Notes under the pieces: model-generated | What the model was told of the DNA's origin: nothing | Seen by the model: only the letters and a program-made list of their open reading frames with translations | The model's database searches: none | Shown: positions 61,366-64,000 of the stretch, piece after piece | How positions within the stretch are numbered: position 1 is the first letter of the stretch | Layout of the letters: each line of letters begins with the position of its first letter | Assembly (NCBI GenBank): GCA_013265495.1 | Contig: MU057744.1 | Span: forward strand, 124,001-188,000 | DNA from: Vicugna vicugna | Taxonomy: Eukaryota | DNA: 64,000 nucleotides | Direction of reading: 5' to 3' | Translations under genes and position numbers: made by a program

Positions 61366-64000
61366 GCACTAATAATAATTTAAAATACTCCCTTAAAAAG
61401 AACCAAAACAGCATTAAATAGTCTAAGAAAGCAGGAGAGTGAAGGGCAGGAGGGTCTGTGGCGCCCACTTTAGGTTCACAGCCAAGAGTCTAAAGAAAGA
61501 CCAGTCGGGCGGAGGTTTGCTGGCCTCCAGCAGGGTGGGCGGCCCAGGTGCAGGAAAGGGCAGGAGGCAGGTCAGATCTAATTGGTGCTCTGGTGGTTTT
61601 ATCAAGAGTACAGAGCAACACAAGAGCAACAGCAGAGCATGGGGGTCAAAAAACGATTATAACAAGTTACTGAAGAATGTAAGCAACATAAGGAGAGGGC
61701 TGAGGGCATGAGCGGGGAAGGGTGAGTTGTAAATCCTGTGTGGTTGTCTCCCGCCTGGACAACCAATTCCTTAATACGGACTATTTCTTTGTACTTTTAG
61801 TGCCAAGCAGAGTATTTGGCACACAGATAATGAACTTATGTTTGCCAAATAAAGGAGTATTCTGATGAAAAGCAGCTGAATGTTCACAAAAAGTGGGATC
61901 AAACCTATTCGTCAGTTTTTTTTTTACTAGTCCCCACTCCCACCCATTCCCTCCAAGGAGGAGCCAATCTGCTTAGAAATACAAGGAATTTTTTTAAATG
62001 AAACACATTTTTATTTCAAATACTGTATTTAAGTATAATTTATCTTACTTTCAGTTTTCTATAACTTGTAATATGGAATAGAACTATTTTTACTTATTTA
62101 AGAGTTTTATAGGTGAAATTTTAGAGTCTCTTTTCCCTTTTTCTTTAGCTTAAGGGTATTCTTTAATGCAGTTGGAAATCCTCAATACAAAAATAGTTCT
62201 CTAATCAAATTCCCAACTCCCTGAATATTGAAAGCCAAAGTAAAAATGAACAGAGGAAGATAAATCAGCACTGATACATAATAAAATACTGACGTATTTT
62301 AAATCCCAGGCCAAGTAGTCTAGAGAGTTCCAGCGCCAGCTGGACCACTGACCATGGAGAGCTGTCGCTGAACAAGAATGAGCCCAGCACACTCAGTTTA
62401 CGGCTGGTGAATTTCAAAGCATAACTTTTTCAAACATCAATCTCATGCTTATGGTATGAACTAGAAGCCTGAGAGTGAAAGGATCAATTAGCTAATGATA
62501 CTAAAAACTTCTATAAAATATTAACATCACTAAGAGAAATTAAAACAAATGTGACATGGAGCCTATGACTAAAGATCACTGAAGTATGACTATAATTTTT
62601 AATGTGTGGAGATATATTTTTTAAAGACTACAAGAATACACTACAATATTAATAATGTTCTTTCCACTTTTATGTATTTCCCCATTTTTCTATATTGAAT
62701 GCTATTTTTGATGAGTTTTTTAAAATTCTATAAAAAAGCATGGGGTGACCTAGTAAATGCTATAGTGTTGGACAGTAGTTTTATATATGGTCATCAATCT
62801 GAAAAATTCTGTAGCAATATTACACCATTTATAAGCCATTATGTGGTTTAGGATCCAGAGTTCCAGCTATTTCTCATAAATTTCATGTAACCATGTAAAA
62901 ATGCCTTTTTTCTCATTGTAGCAGTAAAAACCAAACTGGCCCGAACACTATTTTGTATAACAAAGCTTAACATTTTTAGTTGTGAACAGAAGTATAAATG
63001 AAAATTATATTAATGTAATGGTTTATACAGCACCTTAGAAAAAGGGAAAAGTGTAGAAATTACAAGAAAAATAGTATTTTTCTAATTAAGAAAGATAATT
63101 CTTATTATCTTGAAGAAAAATCTGTTTGCTGGAAAATGTTTCAGATCAAACAAAATGCACACAAACAAATCAAGCAAAATTTCCTGAACCACTATTGTAA
63201 TGAACGATCGCCCATGAAGATAAAACTAGTTTCATAACCTTCATGCATGAATCTTCATTTCTAACTGCGTATCTCTTAAGTGCAGATTCAGAGAGCAAGC
63301 TGAAGGTCCCCCAAATAACGGGAAAATAGTTGCAGAGCTGATGAGGATTTGCTGAGGGCCTCATTAGAGTAGCTTCAGACATGAAGGAGCAGCAAAAATC
63401 AGAATTACTGCTTATTCACCAATGAGACAGACTCCTTGGCTATTACTCCAGAGAGAGACAGGAATACCGTCATGTTGACTATACGGAAAGTAACCGCTTA
63501 GTCTACTGAGGTGCAAGCCTTTTCTCTATGATGCTGGTGTCTGCGGAGATCCTCCCTGCCCGTCTTCATCAAGGCGGTAAGTTTTCTTCTCTTGAAAGTT
63601 CATACCGTGCAAATGCTTGACTTGTCAGCAGTCGGTGGCATCCTCAGTAACACAGCGTGTCTTGCTGAGCTAGGTCTCACTTTCTTTTCTGTATTATTAA
63701 AAACTTGAATGCCTCGATTTAAGGTCTTCCCTCACCCTATCCACCCCTATCAATTTCAAAGCTAAACTGTAGAACATTCTTTATACCATCTAACATCCAA
63801 GTGCTCCTAGGATAGTGTTTCTCTTTCCTTTTGTCAATCTTCTCTGAACAAAACAGAAAGTTGTCTCTTAACTGCAGAATAATTTTCTAAAGGTCTCATT
63901 TCTTACACCTACTAAGCCTCTTCTGTTAAATGAAATAATTAATAGAAAATAATCAAGCCCTGTTTACAGAAAAGTTGGAGAACACCTAAATTCTATCCAT

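Noticed and set aside
63150..63690. Complex, moderately GC stretch with a 70-aa minus-strand ORF; considered as the next ARID4B exon or a retrocopy
   Set aside because: Translation does not resemble the expected chromo-barrel N-terminal half or any protein I recognise; needs BLAST/Dfam to classify

Overview
Mammalian genomic DNA, probably a camelid, judged from about 12 copies of a tRNA-Ala-derived SINE plus artiodactyl-type L1 3' ends. It holds three spliced protein-coding genes, rebuilt here by hand from GT-AG boundaries and phase-consistent frames. TOMM20 is complete (+ strand, 5 exons, 145 aa, CDS 369-13257), has a CpG-island promoter and hosts the H/ACA snoRNA SNORA14B in intron 1. RBM34 is complete (- strand, 11 exons, 426 aa, CDS 30330-18133). 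ARID4B contributes its last seven coding exons and 3'UTR (- strand, 52667-34623); its upstream exons lie beyond the window. The rest is intronic or intergenic and contains SINE, L1, L2, MIR, LTR and DNA-transposon relics. Almost all ORFs in the supplied track are spurious or overlap exons. I found no convincing novel multi-gene system. The observations most worth following up are: (1) TOMM20 converges on RBM34, whereas I recall them being tandem in human and mouse; (2) patchy AT-to-GC shifts in exons and old repeats, consistent with GC-biased gene conversion, apparently altering ARID4B residues; (3) a (CCG)11 repeat in the TOMM20 5'UTR, in open frame with the ATG; (4) inverted SINE pairs flanking TOMM20 exons 3-4; (5) a perfect 17-bp inverted repeat in RBM34 intron 5. 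Comparisons to human sequences and repeat consensuses are from memory and need alignment.
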